Source: a virus (taxonomy: Duplodnaviria > Caudoviricetes). From it: 64,000 bases of DNA. Positions 37,641 through 46,735 of this stretch are shown piece after piece. Below the pieces are notes generated by a model, which worked only from the letters and a program-made list of their open reading frames with translations, was not told the DNA's origin and did not search any database. Positions within the stretch are counted from its first letter, which is position 1; each line of letters begins with the position of its first letter. Where the stretch lies: the IMG/VR virus record IMGVR_UViG_3300032216_001981, positions 18,704 through 82,703 of that record; one strand, written 5' to 3'. The position numbers and the translations under genes are program-made.

Positions 37641-38012
37641 GTGGAAGAAATTAAACAACTACTAGATCAGTACCCTTATCTTACCCTACTGACATATGGT
37701 GGCGTTGAATATGTGGGCATTGTGCAAAACAGTGATGAACAAATCACTACAATTTATGATTTTTCCGCATTAAAAACCACAGAACAAAAAGTAAAATTCC
37801 TTGAGCTGGGCGATGTTTGGTGGTGGGAAAGCAATAGAATCATTCCCATTAATGTGTTTTTGAAACAGGATTGGGTGGAGTTTAAGGCAGTGGTTAAAAC
37901 CATGAACAGCAAAGATGTTGTGATACAGATAGGACCACAAGTAAGTCTCAAGGAAATGAGTCAACGTCGCAGTAAAAGACGATCAATTACTCTAGTTAGA
38001 CGTGTTGGTTAA
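37641..38012 (+). CDS. Hypothetical protein
   Basis: Probable GTG start (MEEIKQLL; the ATG at 37608 is an alternative); WWWESNRIIPIN. Confidence 0.7.
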   Translation: MEEIKQLLDQYPYLTLLTYGGVEYVGIVQNSDEQITTIYDFSALKTTEQKVKFLELGDVWWWESNRIIPINVFLKQDWVEFKAVVKTMNSKDVVIQIGPQVSLKEMSQRRSKRRSITLVRRVG

Positions 38013-38573
38013 TAAATTTATATGGACTGCTACTAGATGACTGTAGGCCACAGAATGACTACGTTTGAATGTATAGCCTTCTTCAGTTGCGTCCCAAATA
38101 GTCTCTGCAACTTCCCGCCAAGTTTTTCCAAGTAAATGTCGTTTGCCCGGACGTATCAAGGCCAAGAACATGGCCATACGTGGTATTGAATCAACTGCTT
38201 CGGGCATTTTAATCAGTGTTTCGTAATGGTTACCAATGTGTATCAGTTGACTACAAAATTCAGGATCGTACAATCTACTCCAGTCGGGCTCTTGCGCCAT
38301 CAACTGTTCTAAGTGAGCTTCGTCCTTTATCTGTGTATATAATGACACATTGAGAAAGTCCAGTTTCATATACCCCAGTTCTTCTGCAGATTTGTAATCT
38401 ATACTAGCAGTGCCGGTAAAGGGATCAATAGGAATTGCGGTTGTATAAACACCGGTGTTGTGTCGTGTCAACACCCCATCACGTACAATACCTGCAGGGT
38501 GATGATCCAGCACTGCTAGTGCCCGAGTGCGATCGGGAAAATCTATGTCAATGTCTGAACGAAATTTTATCAT
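37992..38573 (-). CDS. dnaE: Minimal DNA polymerase III alpha (DnaE) catalytic core
   Basis: SDIDIDF, HNTGVY, GYMKLDFLNV, ALIRPG, YTFKRSHSVAY; start via TAATG overlap; about 193 aa. Confidence 0.85.
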   Translation of the reverse strand: MIKFRSDIDIDFPDRTRALAVLDHHPAGIVRDGVLTRHNTGVYTTAIPIDPFTGTASIDYKSAEELGYMKLDFLNVSLYTQIKDEAHLEQLMAQEPDWSRLYDPEFCSQLIHIGNHYETLIKMPEAVDSIPRMAMFLALIRPGKRHLLGKTWREVAETIWDATEEGYTFKRSHSVAYSHLVAVHINLLTNTSN

Positions 38574-38818
38574 TAAATAAACCCCTGTGGCCATTTTAAT
38601 AGTAAAAATGTTTCCATACCCTCAAAGTCTTTTTCTTGCTCACCAAAAAAGCGTAGGTGGAATTCATCGTCTCGAGTCATAAAGTACCAATCGTAATCAC
38701 GCTCTCTAACAAGCCCGTATTCGTCTTTCAGCCACTGGCTTAATTTGAGTGCTCCACGCAAGGTAAATCTTGAAGTAGCTTCACCTGAATTATTGATTTT
38801 AAGTTTAATAAGTCTCAT
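38573..38818 (-). CDS. Hypothetical protein
   Basis: 81-aa ORF in the operon. Confidence 0.55.
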   Translation of the reverse strand: MRLIKLKINNSGEATSRFTLRGALKLSQWLKDEYGLVRERDYDWYFMTRDDEFHLRFFGEQEKDFEGMETFLLLKWPQGFI

Positions 38819-39479
38819 TCAAGTAATTCTCTAAAAGATAATTGGCAAAGTCCTCATGTGCTGGTTCTGCGTGATGTCCATCATATTGATAACGATTATA
38901 ATCATAAGGAATATGATTTTTATCTATAGAGCAATATTTTGAAAAACTAAAATCAAATAAATCCACTATATTGGAATCGGATTGTATTTTTTCGTAAAAT
39001 TGTTTTATAAACGGAGTTGAAAAATCAACTGCTTTCATGTTTTTAGTACCCATCCATATGAGATATTTAATATTGTTTAAATTTAAAAAAGATGTAAACA
39101 TCGCCAATTGAAATAGTAAATTGGTTGTTGCAGCTTCATCATCATATAATCTATTATATGCATCACTAAATTTTTTAGCATCTCCTGTTAAACAATTATT
39201 TGGCTGAATGTCTTTAAAATGGCCATCATTGCCGATAGCCTCATTTGACCAATACTCGGTCCTGTTGGGGTGAGCTAGACCAAATATAGCCAGTATGTTG
39301 TTATTTTGCTTTTTTAATTCTAGTAAATCTCTTACACTGCGTCGCAGTATTCTGTTATTGCAACTTCCCGGTAACCCGTTATTAACAACTTTGCAATTCA
39401 GTTGTTGCCCAATAAAATCTGTATAGGTTTTTCCTGTACTCAGTACTCCATAACTATCACTGTTTGCATATAAAATCAT
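38805..39479 (-). CDS. SGNH-like hydrolase or acyltransferase
   Basis: ANSDSYG, PGSCNNRI, DGHHAE; ATGA overlap start. Confidence 0.6.
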   Translation of the reverse strand: MILYANSDSYGVLSTGKTYTDFIGQQLNCKVVNNGLPGSCNNRILRRSVRDLLELKKQNNNILAIFGLAHPNRTEYWSNEAIGNDGHFKDIQPNNCLTGDAKKFSDAYNRLYDDEAATTNLLFQLAMFTSFLNLNNIKYLIWMGTKNMKAVDFSTPFIKQFYEKIQSDSNIVDLFDFSFSKYCSIDKNHIPYDYNRYQYDGHHAEPAHEDFANYLLENYLNETY

Positions 39480-40171
39480 AGGCCCGCCTTGGCCAATATG
39501 TCTCGTACCCACTCGACATCGGCCAAGTATTCTCGAAATTTACGTTGCCACGAGTCGGGATCGATCATGGGCAAGATCATACCTATCTGTTCTTCAGTGA
39601 GGCTGTCAAGAAATTCCACACCCGTTGCACAATTAAACACCACCCAAGGACTAATCCTACCGGTGCTAATATGGAAACAAATCCTATTACTGTTGCCATA
39701 ACGAAAATAGTCCCCAAAACCTCCCTTGAGATCTGTATTGTTTTCTGCATATGATTCCATTTCTCGTAATGCTCGTTCCAATGCGTCTGATACTGCTTCG
39801 CGTTTGACATAGTCCGGCAACCATTCTGCGTATAAACCATCACTGCACCAATTGTCTAATTTTTTATTATTTTTTAACAACCAATCTAAATAGTTGACAA
39901 AGTTAATGCAACGTATGTCTTGGCAATATCTACCAAACTTGACAAAGGCATTGTAGTAGGGACTGGCAACAAAATCTGCATAACTTTTTAGACGTGCTGA
40001 TCCCTGTGTGGTTTCATAAAAACGCAAGTATGCTCGGAGTCCCAGTTGTACTCCAGTTTCTCGTTCCTGTTGCCAACGACGCTTGGGCTCACACAAGTGA
40101 ACACCGAGTGTACTGAGTTTCAAGAAACTTTTATCACAGTACTTACAGGTATTCTTTGATTCGTCGGTCAT
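39476..40171 (-). CDS. Hypothetical protein with N-terminal Zn finger
   Basis: CKYCDKSF...HLC; lies within the replication gene block. Confidence 0.7.
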   Translation of the reverse strand: MTDESKNTCKYCDKSFLKLSTLGVHLCEPKRRWQQERETGVQLGLRAYLRFYETTQGSARLKSYADFVASPYYNAFVKFGRYCQDIRCINFVNYLDWLLKNNKKLDNWCSDGLYAEWLPDYVKREAVSDALERALREMESYAENNTDLKGGFGDYFRYGNSNRICFHISTGRISPWVVFNCATGVEFLDSLTEEQIGMILPMIDPDSWQRKFREYLADVEWVRDILAKAGL

Positions 40172-40616
40172 CCCATCCTTGAGATTTTAAATGTTGTCTG
40201 AGATCATCCCGTGTGTTTATTTCCGCTAACAATTTTATCTCATCATCTCGGGCATGGGGATACAGTTCACGCAGTAGTTTTTCTACTTTGTTGTTGCTAG
40301 TGTCTTTTTTCTTGGGAGAGATCCACTGGTGAAACTGCCGTCCCATGCCGGGACTCACAGTGGTGGCCAATAACCACTGTAGTTTTTTATGCTGTGTGGA
40401 GTTGACGTCAAAGAAGTTGCGATTCAGTCGTTCGTTGCAACTGATCAAGTAGTAGGCTTCAAGATCCGCGGTGCCCTTCACAGTGGCGCCATAGCGTATC
40501 ATTAGGAACGGTGAAAACTTTTTACGTTCTTCTTCTGTGAGATCATCATAGAAGTCACGGTTCTTTGAATCAAACTGTGCCATTTCATTTGCGATTGATA
40601 ATTTATCTGTTGTCAT
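40143..40616 (-). CDS. Clamp-loader small subunit-like (T4 gp62-like)
   Basis: KKFSPFLMIRY, NERLN, LQWLL pattern recalled from gp62-like proteins. Confidence 0.55.
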   Translation of the reverse strand: MTTDKLSIANEMAQFDSKNRDFYDDLTEEERKKFSPFLMIRYGATVKGTADLEAYYLISCNERLNRNFFDVNSTQHKKLQWLLATTVSPGMGRQFHQWISPKKKDTSNNKVEKLLRELYPHARDDEIKLLAEINTRDDLRQHLKSQGWDDRRIKEYL

Positions 40617-40836
40617 ATTTTAATTTATAGTACATTATAGCAGGCTCTAGTAATTCTTGCAAGCCGGCATCCGTTTGAGCTGTTCTTCTGATACTGATCC
40701 ACAGTTGATCCTCACGCATTTGTTCTAAGTGGGCTGTATGCCGGGATGAAACATGATGCAGTCGTCTATCCGTTTCACCTATGTTTCTAACATACACAGT
40801 ATCGCCCGAGTCGGGACTTTCGTATATCTTGGTCAT
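40603..40836 (-). CDS. Hypothetical protein
   Basis: KIYESPDSGDTVYVR. Confidence 0.7.
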   Translation of the reverse strand: MTKIYESPDSGDTVYVRNIGETDRRLHHVSSRHTAHLEQMREDQLWISIRRTAQTDAGLQELLEPAIMYYKLKYDNR

Positions 40837-40839
40837 ATG

Positions 40840-41343
40840 CTACCAAACTAGATTATAATTCACCACTTCACTTTGACGACTGATGTCTTTGACAAAGTAA
40901 GCACACATGGGTCCATCCACTCCGTTTTCTAAAGGCACTGCCAACAGTTGTCCGGGTTTGAGTTTGGGAAAATACCATTTGACATCTTGATAAATGTCCA
41001 CAATTTCCACTGGATAAAAGTCCGGACGGAAACTGGTCTTGGGATTGAATGCAAACGCCGAGAATCCTCGATCATTGATTGACGTCAGGGGCACTACTTC
41101 TAAATCGCCCATGTCTTTTTCTCCGATCAACAACTGCCAATCCACTGGCATGCGAACAGTGTGTTCACCAATCTTCAACACCAAGGCCGGGCTGTTGAAG
41201 CTTTCCATAAAGATCAAGGGAATGTAAAAGTAGTCGGGTTCTCGAGGGTTGCTGTTGTCTAACACACAGAAATTAAGTTCATCAATCTCGTCGGGTATTT
41301 CGTTCATTTCATAACTGCGATTTTCTAGTGTAAGTATTCTCAT
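40840..41343 (-). CDS. Hypothetical all-beta protein, Hint-like fold suspected
   Basis: Strand pattern resembles Hint blocks without the catalytic residues. Confidence 0.4.
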   Translation of the reverse strand: MRILTLENRSYEMNEIPDEIDELNFCVLDNSNPREPDYFYIPLIFMESFNSPALVLKIGEHTVRMPVDWQLLIGEKDMGDLEVVPLTSINDRGFSAFAFNPKTSFRPDFYPVEIVDIYQDVKWYFPKLKPGQLLAVPLENGVDGPMCAYFVKDISRQSEVVNYNLVW

Positions 41344-42128
41344 TTAAGTTCTCTGTTGTAGTGATTGTAATATAAATCTCGACTGGACTGCAACCAAATT
41401 GAATATATCTCAGTTACATACTTTAGATCCACAGCTATGTCTAACTGAGCTATTATGTCAAGAATTACTTCCTCGCCGGAGTTTTTAAAAAGATCCTCGG
41501 CACAGTAGGTCAAAACCCGACGATTTTTTTTCAATAAAAAATCTTTGGTTGTCAAAAGCCTGTTGTGCATGTCACGATTGTGTGTGTAGGCTTGATCGTG
41601 ACGATGTTTTTGAGTATTATTTTGATCAAATTGATTCAAGGAATAGTTTTTGCTTGCGTATACATCGGTGACGTGATCTATGTCGTTGGCTAGTATAAAA
41701 ATGTGAGTGCATTCTTGCAAGGTCCACGGACTTGCTTGTTCAGTTAGTCTTCCGCTGTCAACGCCAGAACGATCCCAACGGAGTAAATTTTGATCAAACA
41801 ATACAGAATTAATTTCATCCGAACCACCGTGTAATAGGTACACCGAGCGAGCAAAGGGATCCCAATAGCAAATAGCATGGTTCGCATAAAATCTATTTAC
41901 ATGTTTGGTTCGTATACTCCATTCTCTGTTGAGCCAAGTTTCTGATGTCACTGGTTGGAGATAGTAGGCCTTTAAAAATTCATAACGAGCCGCGGCATTC
42001 CAACAATCCTTATCAAATTCACTGTCATCGTAAAAATTAAACGCAGTATCTAGACTAATGAGATTTGCTATTAAATTTCCACCGGCACCCATTGGAAAAT
42101 AAATTATGATATTAGGGATTACTGCCAC
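41340..42128 (-). CDS. Hypothetical protein (weak sulfotransferase-like N-terminus)
   Basis: IYFPMGAGGNLIANLI. Confidence 0.5.
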   Translation of the reverse strand: MAVIPNIIIYFPMGAGGNLIANLISLDTAFNFYDDSEFDKDCWNAAARYEFLKAYYLQPVTSETWLNREWSIRTKHVNRFYANHAICYWDPFARSVYLLHGGSDEINSVLFDQNLLRWDRSGVDSGRLTEQASPWTLQECTHIFILANDIDHVTDVYASKNYSLNQFDQNNTQKHRHDQAYTHNRDMHNRLLTTKDFLLKKNRRVLTYCAEDLFKNSGEEVILDIIAQLDIAVDLKYVTEIYSIWLQSSRDLYYNHYNRELK

Positions 42129-43579
42129 TCTGCTTTCTCTACGGTAAAAGGGTAATTTGCTTCTCGATAAAACTGCTTGCGTTTTGTTAAATGTCTTTTT
42201 GCGAATTTACAGGTGCTGGTGATGTCCCAGATTTGCACGTGGTCTTTGTCTTCGGCTTTTCTAATGCCACGCCCGATGCTTTGTATGACTCGAACAAAAC
42301 TTTTGCCTGGCTCAAGCAGTACAAGATTAAATATCCTAGGGATATTAATACCCACAGCAGCAACACCATAGGTAGCAATGATAATTTTATCACTACTGAC
42401 GGCAACTTCATCGTATTCATCTTTTCTCTCCTGAGCCTTGGTTGATCCCGATACAAACACAGCACGTTCGCCCAAACGTTCCAACAACAGCTTTCCTGTG
42501 GCAATTCTATCCACTAGGATAAGTGTATTGCCAGTTTCGTTTACACTGTTTATCAACTGTGCTAGATAGTCCAGTCTACCTGTTGTTTCGGTCAAGTATT
42601 TAAGCTCGCTTTGGTAGTTGGTGTATTCAACGTGATCCACCAACTGTACTATGTTTACATGACAGCTGGCCAAGTGTCCGGCTTCCTGTAATTCATTTGC
42701 TGATAGTCGACCCACCACCGAACCTAGACTGCAAAAGATACTGGTTCGTTCATATTCTTCTCGAGGTATTGTTCCTGTCAGTCCCCAACGTATGGGCACA
42801 TGAGCAAATGCTCCTGTGAGTAGAGTCTTTAGTGCATCGGCCTTGGCCATGTGTACTTCATCCACCATGACTAATACCACATCTTCAATAAACTCACCAA
42901 TGGAGACCTCGGCCTCTGCTGACTTGGTGTTCTTTAATAGTATGTTTAGACTTTGCCAAGTGCAAATGGTGTGTGTACGGCCAAACTCTTTCCTATCGCC
43001 AAAGTATACTCCCACATCCAAGCCCAAGTTACGGTAGTCGGCTTCGGTCTGTGTCACTAGGCTTTTGTTGGGCACTATGACGATGGACCTACCATATGCT
43101 TCTACACTTTTGCTCAAGGCCGCTGTCATGATGGTTTTGCCAGCACCAGTGGCTATTTCTTGTACACTCTGCGGATTCTTTAAAAAATTATTGATGATTT
43201 CCACTTGGTAGTCACGGAACACTATGGATTCCCCAGCCCGAGGGTGTCCCGCGGGCCACGTTTGATCACTGAAACTATCTTCTCGAAATTCTGCAAACTC
43301 AAACTGTGTGCGGTAGTCACGAACATCCTCCAGCTCAACATCGTATCCTTGGGATTCCAATATGGGCAGTATGTCGGGCAATAAGTTTACATAACTGGTG
43401 CCACTGAGTTGAAAGAAGGCAACTTTACCATCCCAGCGTCCCAGTCGCACTGCGGGTTGATATCTGGCACCGGGTATTTCAAACTTGAATCTATCCACTA
43501 GCTTTTTACGTGTGGCCAAATCCAAGCCTTCGATCTTGATATTGACTTCGTCACGTATTACAAGTTTACAAGTTGTCAA
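42119..43579 (-). CDS. Superfamily II helicase, UvsW-like
   Basis: ATGAGKT, DEVH, GLTGT, QSIGRGIR; TTG start overlapping the upstream stop. Confidence 0.9.
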   Translation of the reverse strand: MTTCKLVIRDEVNIKIEGLDLATRKKLVDRFKFEIPGARYQPAVRLGRWDGKVAFFQLSGTSYVNLLPDILPILESQGYDVELEDVRDYRTQFEFAEFREDSFSDQTWPAGHPRAGESIVFRDYQVEIINNFLKNPQSVQEIATGAGKTIMTAALSKSVEAYGRSIVIVPNKSLVTQTEADYRNLGLDVGVYFGDRKEFGRTHTICTWQSLNILLKNTKSAEAEVSIGEFIEDVVLVMVDEVHMAKADALKTLLTGAFAHVPIRWGLTGTIPREEYERTSIFCSLGSVVGRLSANELQEAGHLASCHVNIVQLVDHVEYTNYQSELKYLTETTGRLDYLAQLINSVNETGNTLILVDRIATGKLLLERLGERAVFVSGSTKAQERKDEYDEVAVSSDKIIIATYGVAAVGINIPRIFNLVLLEPGKSFVRVIQSIGRGIRKAEDKDHVQIWDITSTCKFAKRHLTKRKQFYREANYPFTVEKAEWQ

Positions 43580-44706
43580 ATGAGTTTTACCTTAGCGTTG
43601 TTTTTCTTATTATAAGCATCCTGTGTCACATACACAACCTTTTCGGCTTGTTGCAACATCTGTTGTTGAGCACCTCCAAGAAACAGGGCACTGGTGGTGA
43701 TTAATAATCCAATGGGGCGATCGGTCACGGGCCGATGTGAATAACAGTAATCAAGGGGCAGGTGTTCTCCGAATCTGTTGTGTAGTTTTGTACGCAATCT
43801 ATTGGCATGCTCGGGCTCGTAAACAACAACAGACTGTCGTGCCACTGCTTCTGTATAATCCAAAACCGCGTCAAAGCCGTTGTTCTTGGCGTCAATGGCG
43901 GCGGGATTGATGCGAAGTTCTCTGTGCATTAGCAAATTATAAATGGCACTGCCCTGTGTGGCCATAATGGATTCGGCAATGGCTGGTTCCACAGTGTAGC
44001 CCAACACACTACTCATGTCCACCAAGTACAGCAGGCGATCTAGGCCAAACCCACCGTGATGCTGGATGTATTCACTGAGACTGTCTGGCGAGTTGCGTAT
44101 GTCAAATTGATCGCCGCGTATATACAATTCTATGGCATAGGGCTGTGATTCAACTTGATGAATCTGCGTCATGAGTGCATACACAGAGGAGTCAATTTCA
44201 AAGCGGTGTTGGTTGGCCCAAGTGGTTAACCAACTTACATTGTATTCGGTTATGGCCGCTGTCCATACTCGACTATCTCGATCCCACCTCACAGCACCTT
44301 GACTGTGTTTGGCAAAGTCCCTTATGTTGCCAATGTAGTCATTGTTGAAGGGGAACCGTATCAATAATCTGTCACCGTCTCTTGTTAAAGAACAGGTGTA
44401 GTCCATTCGACGCAGGGGCAGTCTCCACTGAGGTTGACGAACTGGGTCGACGTCAACACCCTGACTCTGCAACTGTCGTTCGTATTTGAGTACAATCTTC
44501 ACCAGCAGTTCGGCCTGACGTTCGGTCAAGGACTGCGATACTGAAACCGAAGTGGCCATGCTCTCCAACACTTTGACATCATACCTGGCCAAGTTGATTA
44601 TGGGCTTGATGTCGGCCAACCACTGCGTAAGTAGTTTTCCGGTAACAGGATCTCTATGTCCCACTATCACTTCTAAATAATCTTCCACATGGGTAAATTG
44701 TTGCAT
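43576..44706 (-). CDS. Hypothetical protein coupled to the helicase
   Basis: 376 aa; extended -10 TGT-TATAAT 5 nt upstream of ATG (hexamer at 44712-44717). Confidence 0.7.
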   Translation of the reverse strand: MQQFTHVEDYLEVIVGHRDPVTGKLLTQWLADIKPIINLARYDVKVLESMATSVSVSQSLTERQAELLVKIVLKYERQLQSQGVDVDPVRQPQWRLPLRRMDYTCSLTRDGDRLLIRFPFNNDYIGNIRDFAKHSQGAVRWDRDSRVWTAAITEYNVSWLTTWANQHRFEIDSSVYALMTQIHQVESQPYAIELYIRGDQFDIRNSPDSLSEYIQHHGGFGLDRLLYLVDMSSVLGYTVEPAIAESIMATQGSAIYNLLMHRELRINPAAIDAKNNGFDAVLDYTEAVARQSVVVYEPEHANRLRTKLHNRFGEHLPLDYCYSHRPVTDRPIGLLITTSALFLGGAQQQMLQQAEKVVYVTQDAYNKKNNAKVKLI

Positions 44707-44733
44707 AATGTATTATAACACAAACAGTTGGAT

Positions 44734-44760
44734 AAAAAAAGCCCTGCGGTTAAGCAGGGC
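44734..44760 (-). terminator. Rho-independent terminator
   Basis: GCCCTGC/GCAGGGC stem plus U7. Confidence 0.85.
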
Positions 44761-44767
44761 TATAAAA

Positions 44768-44797
44768 CTGTGATTCAGGAGCTAGAGAGAATCACAG
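44768..44797 (-). other. 9-bp hairpin preceding the terminator, loop UCUCUAGCUCCU
   Basis: CTGTGATTC...GAATCACAG followed by UUUU. Confidence 0.7.
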
Positions 44798-44813
44798 ATA
44801 AAACACAATTCAA

Positions 44814-45116
44814 TTACAATTCTACTACATCCATTGAGGCACCTTCGGCGTGCAATTTAGTTTTAAAATCTTCAAATACACTTCTAGTGTACGCACTCAT
44901 GCCTTCACGACCTTTGTAACACTTGTATATCGAACCCGAATAACCAACCACATCATAATAGTCGCCTTGGTCAATCACCTGTTCAATACCCGAGTTCATT
45001 CTCCAGCTATCCGAACCGGCATATCCTCCGTACCAACTACCTAGTACCTTGCGAATTTGACCGTGTTCGCTGTTCATTTCCACTATGACCCAACGGTCTG
45101 GTGTATATTCACTCAT
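44814..45116 (-). CDS. Hypothetical protein
   Basis: YTPDRWV...WYGGYAGSDSWRMNSGI. Confidence 0.75.
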   Translation of the reverse strand: MSEYTPDRWVIVEMNSEHGQIRKVLGSWYGGYAGSDSWRMNSGIEQVIDQGDYYDVVGYSGSIYKCYKGREGMSAYTRSVFEDFKTKLHAEGASMDVVEL

Positions 45117-45346
45117 TCGTCAACTCCAAAATCTCGGCGTATCCAATGGGCACAGTCTCGAGCTAGAGCACCGTCTCCGGGCAAGCCGCCACACTGTGCC
45201 GCCATCTCCTCGCACACGTCAATGCAGTGTTGCACAATCAACTCGGCAAACTGTTCCACAGTGGGTGCCAATGCTGTTTCTGATTCTCCAATGATGCCTG
45301 CTTGTTGAGCTAATTTGATAATTTGTTGGTTCATAATGTTCTCCAA
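45113..45346 (-). CDS. Small hypothetical protein, FAELIV-C family
   Basis: EQFAELIVQHCIDVCEE. Confidence 0.7.
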   Translation of the reverse strand: MENIMNQQIIKLAQQAGIIGESETALAPTVEQFAELIVQHCIDVCEEMAAQCGGLPGDGALARDCAHWIRRDFGVDE

Positions 45347-45358
45347 AAAAGACTGCCG

Positions 45359-46402
45359 TTAAGCAGTCTTCATACATGTCACGGTTGCCATTGCCTTCCA
45401 CTTTAATGGGAAGCTCTTACGCAAGTCTGCGATTTTAATTGCCATACGCAAGCTCATTTCACGGAACTTGTTTTTATTGGTTTCCATGAACTCAATGATC
45501 TCGTCTTGCACACATGGTTCAAAGTCGTAGTCGGCAAACAGTGCACCATCCTGTGCAATTTGTTTGATACGCAACACTTTATCACGCATGGTGTCCAAGG
45601 TCAAGTCCAAGTAGTGACATCTTGATTGTAATGCTTCCAAGTGATCACGCAACTTTTGACTCTTCATTGTGTCAAACTTGAGATTGGTAATGAACACTAT
45701 ACTGCCATGAAACTCAAACGAGTTTGGAACACCTTCACGGTTCAACATGTTGCTGTCACTCAACCAAGAAATTTTACGTTTCTTGCCCGAGTCCAAGGCA
45801 CCTTTCAGCAAGTTCAATGCCACATCATCAACCAAGATACTATCACAGTCATCAAACACCAACATGCAGTTACTATCCGAATATTTGTACAGTGTGCAAT
45901 ACAAGCCCAATGCAGTACTACTGCCTTTGACAACTTCGGCTCTAAGACGCTTGCCTGAGATTTGATCAAACAAACAGGCCTTTTCCACGATGCGTTCTAC
46001 ACCGTAACTTTTACCAACTCCTGGGGGACCCGACACAATCATGGCACGGATATCGCCTGTGGTAGCGGCAGTGGTCATTTCATCTAAGATCTCAAATCTT
46101 TGACGAATACGCTCGATGGCTTCGGCATCGGTCTCTGGCACAGAATCCAAAGCTTCAGCTTCGGCCACCGGAGTATTGCCAGCATCAACATATTCTGCTT
46201 CGCTTACAAATTCATAATCTGTCATACCCGATACCTTTACACGAATCGCTTCTGGGAAACCAGGAAAAGCACCGCCATTTCTCACAGTGACATAGCCACC
46301 TTTGGCGGTAGTTTTATACTGCTCTACCAATTGGAAAATTTTACCACTAACATCATTGTGTCTATAAACACCTGATTTGATACGAATAAAACTGTTTGTC
46401 AT
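45359..46402 (-). CDS. AAA+ ATPase with N-terminal extra domain
   Basis: GPPGVGKS Walker A, LVFDDCD Walker B, FITN, ALQSRC arginine finger. Confidence 0.85.
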   Translation of the reverse strand: MTNSFIRIKSGVYRHNDVSGKIFQLVEQYKTTAKGGYVTVRNGGAFPGFPEAIRVKVSGMTDYEFVSEAEYVDAGNTPVAEAEALDSVPETDAEAIERIRQRFEILDEMTTAATTGDIRAMIVSGPPGVGKSYGVERIVEKACLFDQISGKRLRAEVVKGSSTALGLYCTLYKYSDSNCMLVFDDCDSILVDDVALNLLKGALDSGKKRKISWLSDSNMLNREGVPNSFEFHGSIVFITNLKFDTMKSQKLRDHLEALQSRCHYLDLTLDTMRDKVLRIKQIAQDGALFADYDFEPCVQDEIIEFMETNKNKFREMSLRMAIKIADLRKSFPLKWKAMATVTCMKTA

Positions 46403-46432
46403 ACTAGCTCCTACTGTTGTTAATATACATAT

Positions 46433-46461
46433 ATTATAGCAGACCTGGAATTACTGGTCAA
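46433..46461 (-). promoter_or_regulatory. Sigma70-type early promoter, cassette copy 3
   Basis: TTGACC-17 nt-TATAAT. Confidence 0.82.
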
Positions 46462-46666
46462 CCGTTTTTGCCACTTTCATCATTTTAAGATTGCTATCTG
46501 TAGCACAAATTCTAACGCCATAGCAGTCGTTTTCACCGTAAATTACATCAATCCAAGGAACTGTTTTTTCTGCGGCATTTTCGGATAATGCAATATTTTT
46601 GATTGTACCAGTTAATTTACCAGCGGCACTAGTCCAAGTAATTTTATCATTAACATTTAATTTCAT
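46451..46666 (-). CDS. Early hypothetical protein
   Basis: Start moved to MKLNVNDK with GGAG SD. Confidence 0.65.
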   Translation of the reverse strand: MKLNVNDKITWTSAAGKLTGTIKNIALSENAAEKTVPWIDVIYGENDCYGVRICATDSNLKMMKVAKTVDQ

Positions 46667-46696
46667 ATTCAGCTCCTGTTGTTTAACTATACTAAT

Positions 46697-46725
46697 ATTA
46701 TAGCAAATCCAGAATTCTGGGTCAA
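46697..46725 (-). promoter_or_regulatory. Sigma70-type early promoter, cassette copy 4
   Basis: TTGACC-17 nt-TATAAT; perfect palindrome CCAGAATTCTGG at 46709-46720. Confidence 0.85.
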
Positions 46726-46735
46726 CCAAACTGCA

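Noticed and set aside
6146-46733. CRISPR array or att sites from the dispersed repeats
   Set aside because: Copies are isolated, not regularly spaced, and are explained as promoter+RBS units. No cas or integrase genes are present.
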